Positions 18,603 through 27,201 of a stretch of DNA of 64,000 nt are shown here, piece by piece; position 1 is the stretch's first letter, and every line of letters begins with the position of its first letter. Source of the stretch: an uncultured archaeon (GTDB lineage: Archaea > Iainarchaeota > Iainarchaeia > Iainarchaeales > GCA-2688035); assembly GCA_964569815.1 (NCBI GenBank), contig CAZMUN010000002.1:2701-66700 (forward strand). The letters are read 5' to 3'. Below the pieces are notes generated by a model, which ran no database searches, was not told the DNA's origin, and worked only from the letters and a program-made list of their open reading frames with translations. A program made the position numbers and the translations under genes.

Positions 18603-20336
18603 ATGGCGGACGAAGACTACTTGGCAGACCTTATAAAAAAGGTAAAACAGGCAAAAAAAGAGCAGGCTAAAGCAAAGGCAACTGCACCAAAAAAAGCCGA
18701 AATGCCTGCAGGAATTCCAAAAGAAGTCCAGGAAATAGACCTCAAAAAAATGCCTGAAAAGCAGTCAGAGCCACAGGCAGCCCCCGAAAAGCCAAAACAG
18801 GAACAGGCTGCAAAGGCAATGCCTGAGCCAGAAGAGGAAGAAGAAGCGCCAAGAAAAAGCACTGTTGAAAAAGAGCTGGAAGTGGCAAGCAAAAAAATAG
18901 AAATTGAAAGCTACGGCAACGTAAGAATAATGCAGGTTCCAGGAAAACCGCTTCCCTTTTACATGGTGCCTGTTGCAAGGCCGACAAAGCAGGAAAAAGC
19001 CGTAATAAACACCATAAAAGAGGCAGCCACAAGGCTTATCGCAATCTCGCCATACAGAATTCGCGACCCAACGCAAAGAAGAACGGTTTACAAACAACGC
19101 ATAATGGAAATCCTGAAAAACAGCCCAGAGCTGCACATTCCTGAGAGAAGGTTTGGGTTTTACGCCGAGTCCGTGATAAGGGAAATGGTGGGCTATGGCA
19201 TAATAGACCCGCTTGTAATGGACGACACGCTTGAAGAAATCATGGTGATTGGCGCAAAAAAGCCAGTTTACCTCTTTCACAGAAAATACGAAATGATGTC
19301 AAGCAACATTGAATTCTATTCAGACAAGGAAATAATCGACCTCATAAACAGGATTGCCCGCGTGATAGGAAGGCGCGTAGACATAAGCTCGCCGTTGCTT
19401 GATGCAAGGCTTCCGGACGGAAGCCGTGTCAATGCAACGATTCCGCCTGCCTCTGTAGAGGGGGCAACCCTTACCATAAGAAAATTCAGAAAAGACCCTT
19501 ACACAATAGTAGACCTTTTGAACAACGAAACACTTACAAGCGAAGTTGCCGCATTTTTGTGGCTGTGCGTTGACGGCCTGGGAGCAAAGCCAGCAAACAT
19601 ACTAATTGCAGGAGGAACAGGATCAGGAAAAACCACGACCTTAAACTGCCTGGCTTCCTTTATTCCAGATACTGAACGGGTTATATCAATCGAAGACACG
19701 GCTGAACTGTCACTGCCATTAAAGCACTGGGTGAGAATGGAGGCAAGGCCTCCAGGCCTAGAGGGAAAAGGCGAACTCACATTAGATGTTTTAACCAAAA
19801 ACAGCTTGAGGATGCGCCCAGACAGGATACTTGTGGGAGAGGTAAGGCACGACGAGGCATTCACGCTTTTCACTGCATTGAACACCGGCCACGACGGCTG
19901 TTTAGGGACGATTCACGCAAACTCGCCGCAGGAAACAATTGTTCGTGTTACAAGCCCACCAATGAACGTTCCGGAAGTAATGCTCTCAGGCCTGGACCTG
20001 ATTCTGATAGAGCACAAGCTCCATGACAGGAGAAAGGGAACGATAAGGCGCTTGACAGAGATAGCGGAAGTAAGCGGAGTTCTCTTGAGAAAAGCACAAA
20101 CCCAAACCATTTTTGCAAGGGACCCTGCAAAAGACACGATTGAGAGAACAAACGTTCCCATTAAATACTTTAAAATACTACAAGATTTCACAGGAATGAA
20201 GCAAAAAGACATAGAGGAAAACTGGAAAAAAAGGCAAGTTTTCCTCGAAAAAATGAGGCAAAAGGGCATAAGAAGCCTGGAAGAAGTGAAAAAAGAAACC
20301 CAAAAATTTTACATGGAAGAGAACCAAAATGCCTGA
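18603..20336 (+). CDS. Type IV pilus/archaellum assembly ATPase (FlaI/ArlI, VirB11/GspE superfamily) with a low-complexity K/E/P-rich N-terminal extension
   Basis: Walker A ILIAGGTGSGKTTTLN. Asp box and RIS...GEVR motifs. About 100 aa of lysine-, glutamate-, alanine- and proline-rich sequence at the N-terminus. Confidence 0.85.
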   Translation: MADEDYLADLIKKVKQAKKEQAKAKATAPKKAEMPAGIPKEVQEIDLKKMPEKQSEPQAAPEKPKQEQAAKAMPEPEEEEEAPRKSTVEKELEVASKKIEIESYGNVRIMQVPGKPLPFYMVPVARPTKQEKAVINTIKEAATRLIAISPYRIRDPTQRRTVYKQRIMEILKNSPELHIPERRFGFYAESVIREMVGYGIIDPLVMDDTLEEIMVIGAKKPVYLFHRKYEMMSSNIEFYSDKEIIDLINRIARVIGRRVDISSPLLDARLPDGSRVNATIPPASVEGATLTIRKFRKDPYTIVDLLNNETLTSEVAAFLWLCVDGLGAKPANILIAGGTGSGKTTTLNCLASFIPDTERVISIEDTAELSLPLKHWVRMEARPPGLEGKGELTLDVLTKNSLRMRPDRILVGEVRHDEAFTLFTALNTGHDGCLGTIHANSPQETIVRVTSPPMNVPEVMLSGLDLILIEHKLHDRRKGTIRRLTEIAEVSGVLLRKAQTQTIFARDPAKDTIERTNVPIKYFKILQDFTGMKQKDIEENWKKRQVFLEKMRQKGIRSLEEVKKETQKFYMEENQNA

Positions 20337-21450
20337 AAAAAAGCCAAGCAAGAAAGAAGAGCCCACAGAAATAGACATGGAAAAGGTCGAAAGAATAGTA
20401 AAAAGAATGCGGGACAAGTACCGCGACGAAGGAATGGAATTCGAGGAAGTGGGCGGAACCCTGAAAGAGCTTCGCGGCCTGATAGCAGAGGGAATGGCAG
20501 CCAAAATAGAAATACAAACCATTGACGAGCTAAGAGAAGTGAAAAGCAAGCTGGTAAAATTCCTGGTCAGCGTATACTTAAAGCTTGGCGCAGTCCTAAA
20601 GCCAATAGCAAAAGCAATGGGAAAATTCCCAGAAATGGAAATGCTCTCATTCTACTTGTACAGCGCAAACATGCACTACAGCAGCAAGCAATACATTGCC
20701 TTGACAGTTGCAAGCGCAACCCTTGCATTCCTTGTAGCAATGCTTACATCTGCCGCTGTCTTCACATACCTCAACATAGAGATGGCAACACGAGTAATAG
20801 CAATACTCGTAATATCGGCCCTGACCTTTGTAATAACCTCAGTTGCAATACTAATGGTTCCAAAGCAGAAAGCCATAGCAAGGGGAAACGCAGTAAGCAT
20901 AGAGCTGCCGTTTGCATTAAGGCACATGGCCACAGAGCTAAGGGCCGGAATAGGGCTTTACAGGACCATTCAAGCAGTGGCATCAGCAGACTACCACGAG
21001 CTAAGCGAAGAGTTTGCCCGCGTCATAACAGAGGTAGAGGAAGGCACAGACACACAGGACGCGTTAAGGCACCTTGCCTTGAGAACACAAAGCCGCGCAC
21101 TGAGAACAGCAATAATCCAAATAATCCGCGCACTAAAAACAGGCGGCAACTTAAGCGAAAGCATGAACGACATAGCAGAAGACGTTTCGTTTGAAATGAG
21201 GATGGCTGTCCGCGAATTCGGGCAAAGAATGAACTTCTTTGGAGTGGTCTTTATCTTTGGAGCAATAGTCATGCCCGTAATGATAACCATTTTAGGGGCA
21301 ATAAGAAACAGCCCCATAAAGGCAAGTATGTCAAGCTTTGAAATGCTTCCATTGACACTGCCGGTAATGGCAGCAATATACCTGGCAATAATGCCGTTCG
21401 TTCTGATATTGTTTTTGTTCTACATTAAAACAGCTCAACCAAGGGTGTAA
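20329..21450 (+). CDS. T2SSF-domain membrane platform protein (FlaJ/TadC-like), part 1
   Basis: ELPFALRHMATELRAGIGLYRTIQAVA is a T2SSF signature. Polytopic. Confidence 0.75.
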   Translation: MPEKKPSKKEEPTEIDMEKVERIVKRMRDKYRDEGMEFEEVGGTLKELRGLIAEGMAAKIEIQTIDELREVKSKLVKFLVSVYLKLGAVLKPIAKAMGKFPEMEMLSFYLYSANMHYSSKQYIALTVASATLAFLVAMLTSAAVFTYLNIEMATRVIAILVISALTFVITSVAILMVPKQKAIARGNAVSIELPFALRHMATELRAGIGLYRTIQAVASADYHELSEEFARVITEVEEGTDTQDALRHLALRTQSRALRTAIIQIIRALKTGGNLSESMNDIAEDVSFEMRMAVREFGQRMNFFGVVFIFGAIVMPVMITILGAIRNSPIKASMSSFEMLPLTLPVMAAIYLAIMPFVLILFLFYIKTAQPRV

Positions 21451-21452
21451 AA

Positions 21453-22397
21453 ATGGCAGAAGAAAAAAAGAAAGGATTGGAATTTTTTGAGAATTACAAA
21501 AAAATGCTGAAAAGCATTAAATTCAAGAGCCCTGCAGAAGCCTGGGTCCTGATATCAACAGTGCTTGCCCTGGCAGGCGCAATCGCAAGCTTTTCAGCCA
21601 TAGCAATTTTGCAGCTTCCTGTTTCACCGCTTGTTTCAACAGTCATATTCCTCGTGATTTTAGATGTTTTGCTTGGATACCCTTACCTTCGCGCGCTAAG
21701 AAGAATAAACGCAATAGAGGAAGCGCTTCCAGATGCCCTGAAACAGCTTGCAGACACCCTGAAGGCAGGCGGAACATATGAATACGCTTTAAGGGAGCTC
21801 TCCACATCAGAATACGGGCCGTTAAGCCACGAAATGGCAGAAGTGCTGAGAAAAATGGAGGAAGGCGAAAACCTGGAAGACAGCCTTAACAGCTTTTCAA
21901 GAAGCGTTGACTCAATCCTGGTAAAAAGAACCATTTCAATAATAAACGACGCAATAAAAGCAGGCGCAGGCTTGGCAGACGTGCTTGAAGAAATATCTGA
22001 TGACGTAAGGGCAATGCACCGCATTGCAAAGGAAAGAATTGCTGGGACGATGCTTCAAGTCATTTTCATTGTAGCAGCAGGCTCAATGGTTGCACCGGTC
22101 ATACTTGGAATGGTCACAACAGTTGTACAGCTTTTAATTGAAACAAGCGCAAGCATAGTAACAGAAAAGGCCCAGATAGTGGAAGCCATTGCAGCAAGAG
22201 ACTTCATCGTAATCCTGATGCAGCTTTACCTAATGCTTGAAGTGATTGCATCAGGTGCCATGATTGCAATGACCCGCGAGGGAAAAATAAGCAAAAGCCT
22301 TATATACATCCCAATGCTTTTATTATTGGCATTTGTTTGCTACTATACGGCAATATTTGTTTCAGGATTAATGATTGGCGGAATCGGAGCAAGATAA
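21453..22397 (+). CDS. T2SSF-domain membrane platform protein (FlaJ/TadB-like), part 2
   Basis: EALPDALKQLADTLKAGGTYEYALRELS is a T2SSF signature. Starts 3 bp after the previous gene, so the platform is split into two genes. Confidence 0.75.
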   Translation: MAEEKKKGLEFFENYKKMLKSIKFKSPAEAWVLISTVLALAGAIASFSAIAILQLPVSPLVSTVIFLVILDVLLGYPYLRALRRINAIEEALPDALKQLADTLKAGGTYEYALRELSTSEYGPLSHEMAEVLRKMEEGENLEDSLNSFSRSVDSILVKRTISIINDAIKAGAGLADVLEEISDDVRAMHRIAKERIAGTMLQVIFIVAAGSMVAPVILGMVTTVVQLLIETSASIVTEKAQIVEAIAARDFIVILMQLYLMLEVIASGAMIAMTREGKISKSLIYIPMLLLLAFVCYYTAIFVSGLMIGGIGAR

Positions 22398-22400
22398 AAA

Positions 22401-22664
22401 ATGGTTTGGAAAGAAAGAAAAGCCCAGGGAAGCATTGAATTGCTTGTGCTGATAGCAGGAGCAGTAATAGTTGTTGCCATTGTGGGCGTAATGCTGAAAA
22501 ACACTGCAACAACTGCTGCAGAACAGGCAGCATGCAAGACCCACAACAGCTGTGAAACATGCGTGGCAGACAGCCAGTGCAAGGCCCTTGACATTATGGG
22601 CGCGGAAATAGCCGACAGCGCATCCTGCACAGCACAGGCATATGAAACATGCGTGGCAACTTAA
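22401..22664 (+). CDS. Small cysteine-rich type IV pilin-like protein (class III signal peptide)
   Basis: RKA|QGSIELLVLIAGAVIVVAIVGV, with KA at -2/-1 and Glu at +5. C-terminus CKTHNSCETCVADSQCKAL...C...C (6 Cys). Confidence 0.7.
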   Translation: MVWKERKAQGSIELLVLIAGAVIVVAIVGVMLKNTATTAAEQAACKTHNSCETCVADSQCKALDIMGAEIADSASCTAQAYETCVAT

Positions 22665-22733
22665 AGCAAAAGAAAACGTTTATAAAGCAGAAAAAGGTAA
22701 TAAAATACATTTAAAAAAAAAGCAAAAACTTTA

Positions 22734-23009
22734 ATGGAGGTCAAAAAAATGGATGTAAGAGGACAAGGTGCATTAGAATACCTTTTGCTGATCGGAGGAG
22801 CAGTGCTGGTAGCAGCAATCGTCATAGCACTGATCACAGGCATACCAGGAACCACACCAGATCCATCAACCCAGGCAAAGTGTGCAACGTACTCGACATG
22901 CGCATTATGTGTGGCTGACGCAGATTGTGCGGCACTTGGATCAGATGGAGCAGAGTATGACGCCTGCGCAGGAATACCTGGATTCGATGGCTGTATAGTC
23001 GACTCATAA
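22734..23009 (+). CDS. Small cysteine-rich type IV pilin-like protein, paralog of the 22401 gene
   Basis: RG|QGALEYLLLIGGAVLVAAIVIAL, then CATYSTCALCVADADCAAL...C...C. Alternative start at 22749. Confidence 0.7.
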   Translation: MEVKKMDVRGQGALEYLLLIGGAVLVAAIVIALITGIPGTTPDPSTQAKCATYSTCALCVADADCAALGSDGAEYDACAGIPGFDGCIVDS

Positions 23010-23027
23010 ATATAGCAAGGTTTTCGC

Positions 23028-23201
23028 ATGGATAACAGGGCACAGGTTAGCATAGAGTACCTGCTGCTTGCATTGTTTGGAATAATCCTGGCAATGGTTG
23101 CGGCAGTGCTGGTTGACGGCATTAGTTCAGTGGCAAGAACAGCACAGGGCAGAATACTTGATTACCGTCATCAGACAATTGCATCCTTATTAGAGACCTA
23201 A
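23028..23201 (+). CDS. 57-aa minor pilin-like protein (class III signal peptide), absent from the ORF track
   Basis: Hand translation MDNRA|QVSIEYLLLALFGIILAMVAAVLVDGISSVARTAQGRILDYRHQTIASLLET. Same RA|QxSIE pattern as its neighbours. Confidence 0.6.
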   Translation: MDNRAQVSIEYLLLALFGIILAMVAAVLVDGISSVARTAQGRILDYRHQTIASLLET

Positions 23202-23222
23202 AAAAGGGGTTTTTGTTTTACC

Positions 23223-24341
23223 ATGGCCCCTTTCCTATTCTTCTTCTTTGTTTCACTGCTTGGCTTAGCCTACGGCACATACACAGACTTCAAGGAAAGA
23301 ATCATACACGACTGGGTAACGTATGGCATGGTCGCTTTGGGGATAGCAGGCCATGCAGTGCTTGCATTCCTTTACCAGGACCCAATGGTTTTTGTAACGG
23401 CTTTGCTCGTAACCACGACAACGTTTTTGGCGGCATACGGCCTATACAAGATAGGCGTCTGGGCAGGCGGAGACGTAAAGCTTTTTGCAGGCCTTGCAGC
23501 CCTGAACCCGGTGAACCCGGCAATTCTGGCAAGGCTTGGCCTGATAACCGAGCCCTTGATTCAGCCAATTGATGCCCCTATTTTTCCGCTGACACTTTTT
23601 ATCTTCAGCCTCTTTGCAATGCTGCCATATGGGGCAATTCTCGCCGCCTCAAGGCTTAGGGCAAACAAGGCTGAAAAGAAGAAGTTCAAGGAAGAGGGCA
23701 AAAAAAGGCTGCTGCAGGCAGTGGAAGCAAGCGCAATAGTTGTGGGCCTGAGCCAAGCGATGGCATTTCTCCAAATAAGCCAATGGCTTGTTCTGCCATT
23801 GCTTGTTTTGTCCGGCCTCGTGCCAAAAAAGCCAAGGCTTGTAATCTCAGCCGTTTTGCTGTTCTACGCGCTGTTTGAAAACGCGGAACTGGCAGCACAG
23901 CAGTTTTTATTTATCGCGGCCTTCTTTTTCGGGCTATACCTTTTGTTCAAGCTATACCATTTGTCCAAAACACTTATGAGAAAGCCTGTTGCAATGGAAA
24001 AGCTTGAGGAAGGAATGATCTCAGCGCAAACCCTTGTAAAAAGCGGGCCAAACGTGAAAGTGGTGCCCGAAATTGGAATAAAAAAGTTAATTAACTACCT
24101 CGCCCTAAATAGGTCCAAAAAGGCAGTGCAATACCTTAAGCCAAAAGGCCGGGTTGTTGTTTCAAACAAGTCGGCAGGAGGCCTAACAGAAGAGGAAATA
24201 AGGGAACTCCAAAAACTTGCGCAGGAGAAAAAAACGCCCTCGGTTTTATGGGTAAAGGAAAGCGCTCCCTTTGTTCCCGCTGTGCTGATTGCATTCCTTG
24301 CACTGAACTTGGTTGGAGACATAATATGGGTTTTGGTTTAA
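23223..24341 (+). CDS. Prepilin/preflagellin peptidase (A24 family, PibD/FlaK-like) with a C-terminal extension
   Basis: Catalytic Asp motifs YTDFKERIIHD and GGDVKLFAGL in a polytopic membrane protein. Confidence 0.8.
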   Translation: MAPFLFFFFVSLLGLAYGTYTDFKERIIHDWVTYGMVALGIAGHAVLAFLYQDPMVFVTALLVTTTTFLAAYGLYKIGVWAGGDVKLFAGLAALNPVNPAILARLGLITEPLIQPIDAPIFPLTLFIFSLFAMLPYGAILAASRLRANKAEKKKFKEEGKKRLLQAVEASAIVVGLSQAMAFLQISQWLVLPLLVLSGLVPKKPRLVISAVLLFYALFENAELAAQQFLFIAAFFFGLYLLFKLYHLSKTLMRKPVAMEKLEEGMISAQTLVKSGPNVKVVPEIGIKKLINYLALNRSKKAVQYLKPKGRVVVSNKSAGGLTEEEIRELQKLAQEKKTPSVLWVKESAPFVPAVLIAFLALNLVGDIIWVLV

Positions 24342-24841
24342 ACAGAAAGGGAAGCATTAGCATTGAATTCATTCTGCTGATTGGCGTGGCCCTGATTTAC
24401 ATAAACGGGGTGGTATGGCCTATTGCAAACAGCAGCAGCGCTGCAACAGCAGACGTCAAAGCTGTTGCAGACACAAAGATTGCAGCCATGAAGCTTGGGA
24501 ATGCAATAAACCAGGCAGCCATTTCATCAGGAGAAATGAAGAAAACAGTCCAGCTCATGGTTCCAAAAAACTCGAAAATAGCCTGTTCGACAACAAGTGC
24601 AAGCTTGGTTTACATGGCGTATGTGGATTACATGGGAGGCTGGAACCCTGATGAAATCAATTGCACGGTTTACCCTAGTGCGCCGGCAGACCCAGAAGGG
24701 TTTGAATGCCAATCCCAAATAGGCCTTATCCAGGCGCCGGACAACTGCATTGCCGGAGCAACGATTTCGGGACCGATTTTGCGCGACATTGTTGTAAAAA
24801 AGAACGACGCTGGAGATATTTCTGTTGAGTGGGCCACATGA
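24326..24841 (+). CDS. Pilin-like protein (class III signal peptide), 171 aa
   Basis: MGFGLNRKG|SISIEFILLIGVALIYI. Start at the ATG at 24326 overlaps the peptidase end by 16 nt. The track ORF from 24248 is an out-of-context extension. Confidence 0.65.
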   Translation: MGFGLNRKGSISIEFILLIGVALIYINGVVWPIANSSSAATADVKAVADTKIAAMKLGNAINQAAISSGEMKKTVQLMVPKNSKIACSTTSASLVYMAYVDYMGGWNPDEINCTVYPSAPADPEGFECQSQIGLIQAPDNCIAGATISGPILRDIVVKKNDAGDISVEWAT

Positions 24842-25203
24842 AGCAAAAAGGCCAGGTAAGCATTGAAGCACTTATTCTTACAGCCGTAGTAATTTTGATG
24901 AGCATATCTGTTTTCGGCTACTACATCCAGATAAAGGATTCTACAACAGGAATGGAGGCCGCAAAAATCGAGGCCCTGCGGCAAATAAGCCAAGCAGGGC
25001 AAAAAGCCACTCTTGAAAGAATTGAATACAAATACGACCCCGGCCCTGGAATTGGCATAAGGTTCTGCTTTTTTTACGAAGCGGAAGCAGGCTTTGCATT
25101 TGACCAAAGCAAGCTCAAGAGCGAAATAGCTTCCCTGACCGCTTTTAACTCAACCGGCATAGAAATCCAGGAAAACCCTGCGGCAGCAAGCAACTGCGAG
25201 TAA
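24838..25203 (+). CDS. Pilin-like protein (class III signal peptide), about 122 aa
   Basis: MKQKG|QVSIEALILTAVVILMSI. ATG at 24838 overlaps the previous stop. Confidence 0.65.
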   Translation: MKQKGQVSIEALILTAVVILMSISVFGYYIQIKDSTTGMEAAKIEALRQISQAGQKATLERIEYKYDPGPGIGIRFCFFYEAEAGFAFDQSKLKSEIASLTAFNSTGIEIQENPAAASNCE

Positions 25204-25262
25204 TTCGTTGAAAAGCGAATTCGGGAAACGGTTTTTTTAACAGTCCTGAAAGCAACTGGTTT

Positions 25263-25625
25263 ATGCTAAGGCAGGAAACAATTGCACAGGCTTCACTGGC
25301 TGTGGCAATGGCAGGTCTTTTGGCGCTGTGGTTTCTTGCAACCATGTTTGAAGCAAAAGAAACAAAGATATCCGAAATAAGCGAAGAAATGCTTGAACAA
25401 AAAGTGAAGCTAAACGCACGGGTTTTAAGCAGAAAGCAAAACAAGGAAACGGTTTTTTTTGAATTGTATGATGGAACAGGAACCATAAAAGCGGTTGCCT
25501 TTAATGCAAGCAGCCCTGAAATGGAACGGCTTCAGAAAAACAGCTGCGCCGAGTTTTTGGGAAAGGTCCAAACCTACAAAGGCGAGCTTGAACTGGTTTT
25601 ACAAGGAGCCGAGCAATGGCACTAG
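25263..25625 (+). CDS. Membrane-anchored OB-fold domain protein
   Basis: N-terminal TM helix, then VFFELYDGTGTIKAVAFN...GKVQTYKGELELVL, an OB-fold/tRNA_anti-like pattern. Confidence 0.45.
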   Translation: MLRQETIAQASLAVAMAGLLALWFLATMFEAKETKISEISEEMLEQKVKLNARVLSRKQNKETVFFELYDGTGTIKAVAFNASSPEMERLQKNSCAEFLGKVQTYKGELELVLQGAEQWH

Positions 25626-26803
25626 AAATCATTGGCTTTGCCATTGCAGGCTGCTTTTTGGGAATCTTGTCAGGCATTGTGCCAGGGCTTCATGTGAACA
25701 CAATCGCCTTGCTTGCTTTGGCCATGCCAAAAACCAACAGCTTGGGCCTTGTTGTCTTAATTGCTTCAATGAGCGTGGTCCACACATTTGTTGACTTTCT
25801 TCCCAGCGTATTGCTTGGCGCTCCAAGCAATGACACTTTTTTGGCTGCCCTGCCAGGGCACAGGCTTTTGATGAAGGGAAAAGGCCTTCTTGCAGTAAAG
25901 CTTACCATTGCAGGCGGCCTTTTTTCGGGTTTGGGGGCAATAGCTCTCGGGCCTGTTTTTCTTGCAGTGATTGAAAAAAGCCATGAAATGGTTTCAGCAG
26001 GCATTCCATTCTTTCTCTGCCTTGTTTTGGTTGCAATGGCCTTAAGCGGAAAAAGGTTTTCCAACACAATGATAATGGCTTTAAGCGCAGCTCTTGGCCT
26101 GATTGCACTGCAAGAGCTGCCGGTAAAGCAGCCGTTGTTTTGCCTTGCAACAGGCTTTTTTGGGGCAAGCGCCCTGCTGGATTCCCTGTTTAAAAACCCT
26201 GTTCTGCCAAAGCAAGGCTTACACAAACTCAATGCAAAGAAAGGGCCTGTTTTCAAAAACTCTGTTATTGCGGTTTTGGGCGGAAGCCTTGTTTCACTGA
26301 TGCCAGGCATTGGGGCAAGCCAGGCAGGCTTTCTTGCAAGAAAGGCCTTGGGAAAAATTCCTGTATCCGAATACCTTGTTCTCTTGGGAGGCATAAACAC
26401 TGCAACAATGATTTTGTCTTTTTTTGTGCTTTTTTCATGGGGAAAGACAAGGACTGGAAGCGCTGCAGCAATAGGGCAACTTCTTCCATTCAGGCAAGAA
26501 GAGCTTTTGGTTGTCACAGCGGCCTGTGTAATGGCCCTGGGCTTTGGCGCAATTGCAGCAGACCTATTGTCAAAAAAAATGGCCAAGGTTTTTGCCAAAA
26601 TAAATTACAGGAAAGCAAACGCAGTAGTGCTTTGCTTCATAACAGGAATGGTTTTTGCTTTTTCAGGGCTTTTAGGGCTTTTGGTTTACGCAACAGCCGC
26701 ATTCACAGGCCTTGCTGCAATAAACCTTGGCGTAAGAAGAAGCAACACAATGTCTTTCCTAATAGTGCCAACAATGGCCAACTATGCCGCAGGATTGATT
26801 TAA
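25616..26803 (+). CDS. TctA-family (DUF112) polytopic membrane protein
   Basis: GIVPGLHVNTIALLAL resembles the DUF112 signature. About 10 TM segments. Confidence 0.5.
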   Translation: MALEIIGFAIAGCFLGILSGIVPGLHVNTIALLALAMPKTNSLGLVVLIASMSVVHTFVDFLPSVLLGAPSNDTFLAALPGHRLLMKGKGLLAVKLTIAGGLFSGLGAIALGPVFLAVIEKSHEMVSAGIPFFLCLVLVAMALSGKRFSNTMIMALSAALGLIALQELPVKQPLFCLATGFFGASALLDSLFKNPVLPKQGLHKLNAKKGPVFKNSVIAVLGGSLVSLMPGIGASQAGFLARKALGKIPVSEYLVLLGGINTATMILSFFVLFSWGKTRTGSAAAIGQLLPFRQEELLVVTAACVMALGFGAIAADLLSKKMAKVFAKINYRKANAVVLCFITGMVFAFSGLLGLLVYATAAFTGLAAINLGVRRSNTMSFLIVPTMANYAAGLI

Positions 26804-26829
26804 AAAGCAATTTGCAACAGCAAAATGGT

Positions 26830-27201
26830 ATGGTGAGAATAAAGCAGGGAACGCTGGAAGCAGTGCTGCTTGCGGCAAAAAACACCTACCCGAACGAGTT
26901 CCTGGCATTGCTTTCAAGCAAAAAAAAGGGGTCAAAGGTAATAGACGAATATGTTTTGCTGCCATCAACATACGGAAGCACTTTCAGCAGCATAAGGCTT
27001 GACTTAATGCCCTACACAGGCAAAGGCCTTGGAAGCATTCACTCGCATCCAAGCCCAAACCCAAGGCCAAGCAAAGGCGATTTGGCTGCATTCAGGGCAA
27101 TGGGAGAAATACATTTAATAACTGCCTACCCTTTCTCTTTTGAAAGCACCCGTGCTTTCGACAAGTTTGGAAAAGCTTTGGAACTGGAAGTGGTTGAATG
27201 A
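26830..27201 (+). CDS. JAMM/MPN+ metalloprotease (small archaeal JAMM1-type)
   Basis: E...HSHPSPNPRPSKGD is the canonical JAMM motif (E, HxH, x7, S, x2, D). The true start ATG at 26830 was found by hand. The track's 254-aa ORF (26437..) includes a spurious extension overlapping the DUF112 gene. Confidence 0.75.
   Translation: MVRIKQGTLEAVLLAAKNTYPNEFLALLSSKKKGSKVIDEYVLLPSTYGSTFSSIRLDLMPYTGKGLGSIHSHPSPNPRPSKGDLAAFRAMGEIHLITAYPFSFESTRAFDKFGKALELEVVE

Noticed and set aside
25690-26598. 302-aa ORF antisense to the DUF112 membrane-protein gene
   Set aside because: No motifs. It overlaps a well-structured polytopic membrane gene, so it is likely a shadow ORF.
26437-26829. N-terminal 131 codons of the track ORF 26437..27201
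   Set aside because: Cys/Arg-rich nonsense overlapping the DUF112 gene in another frame. The JAMM domain begins at the ATG at 26830.
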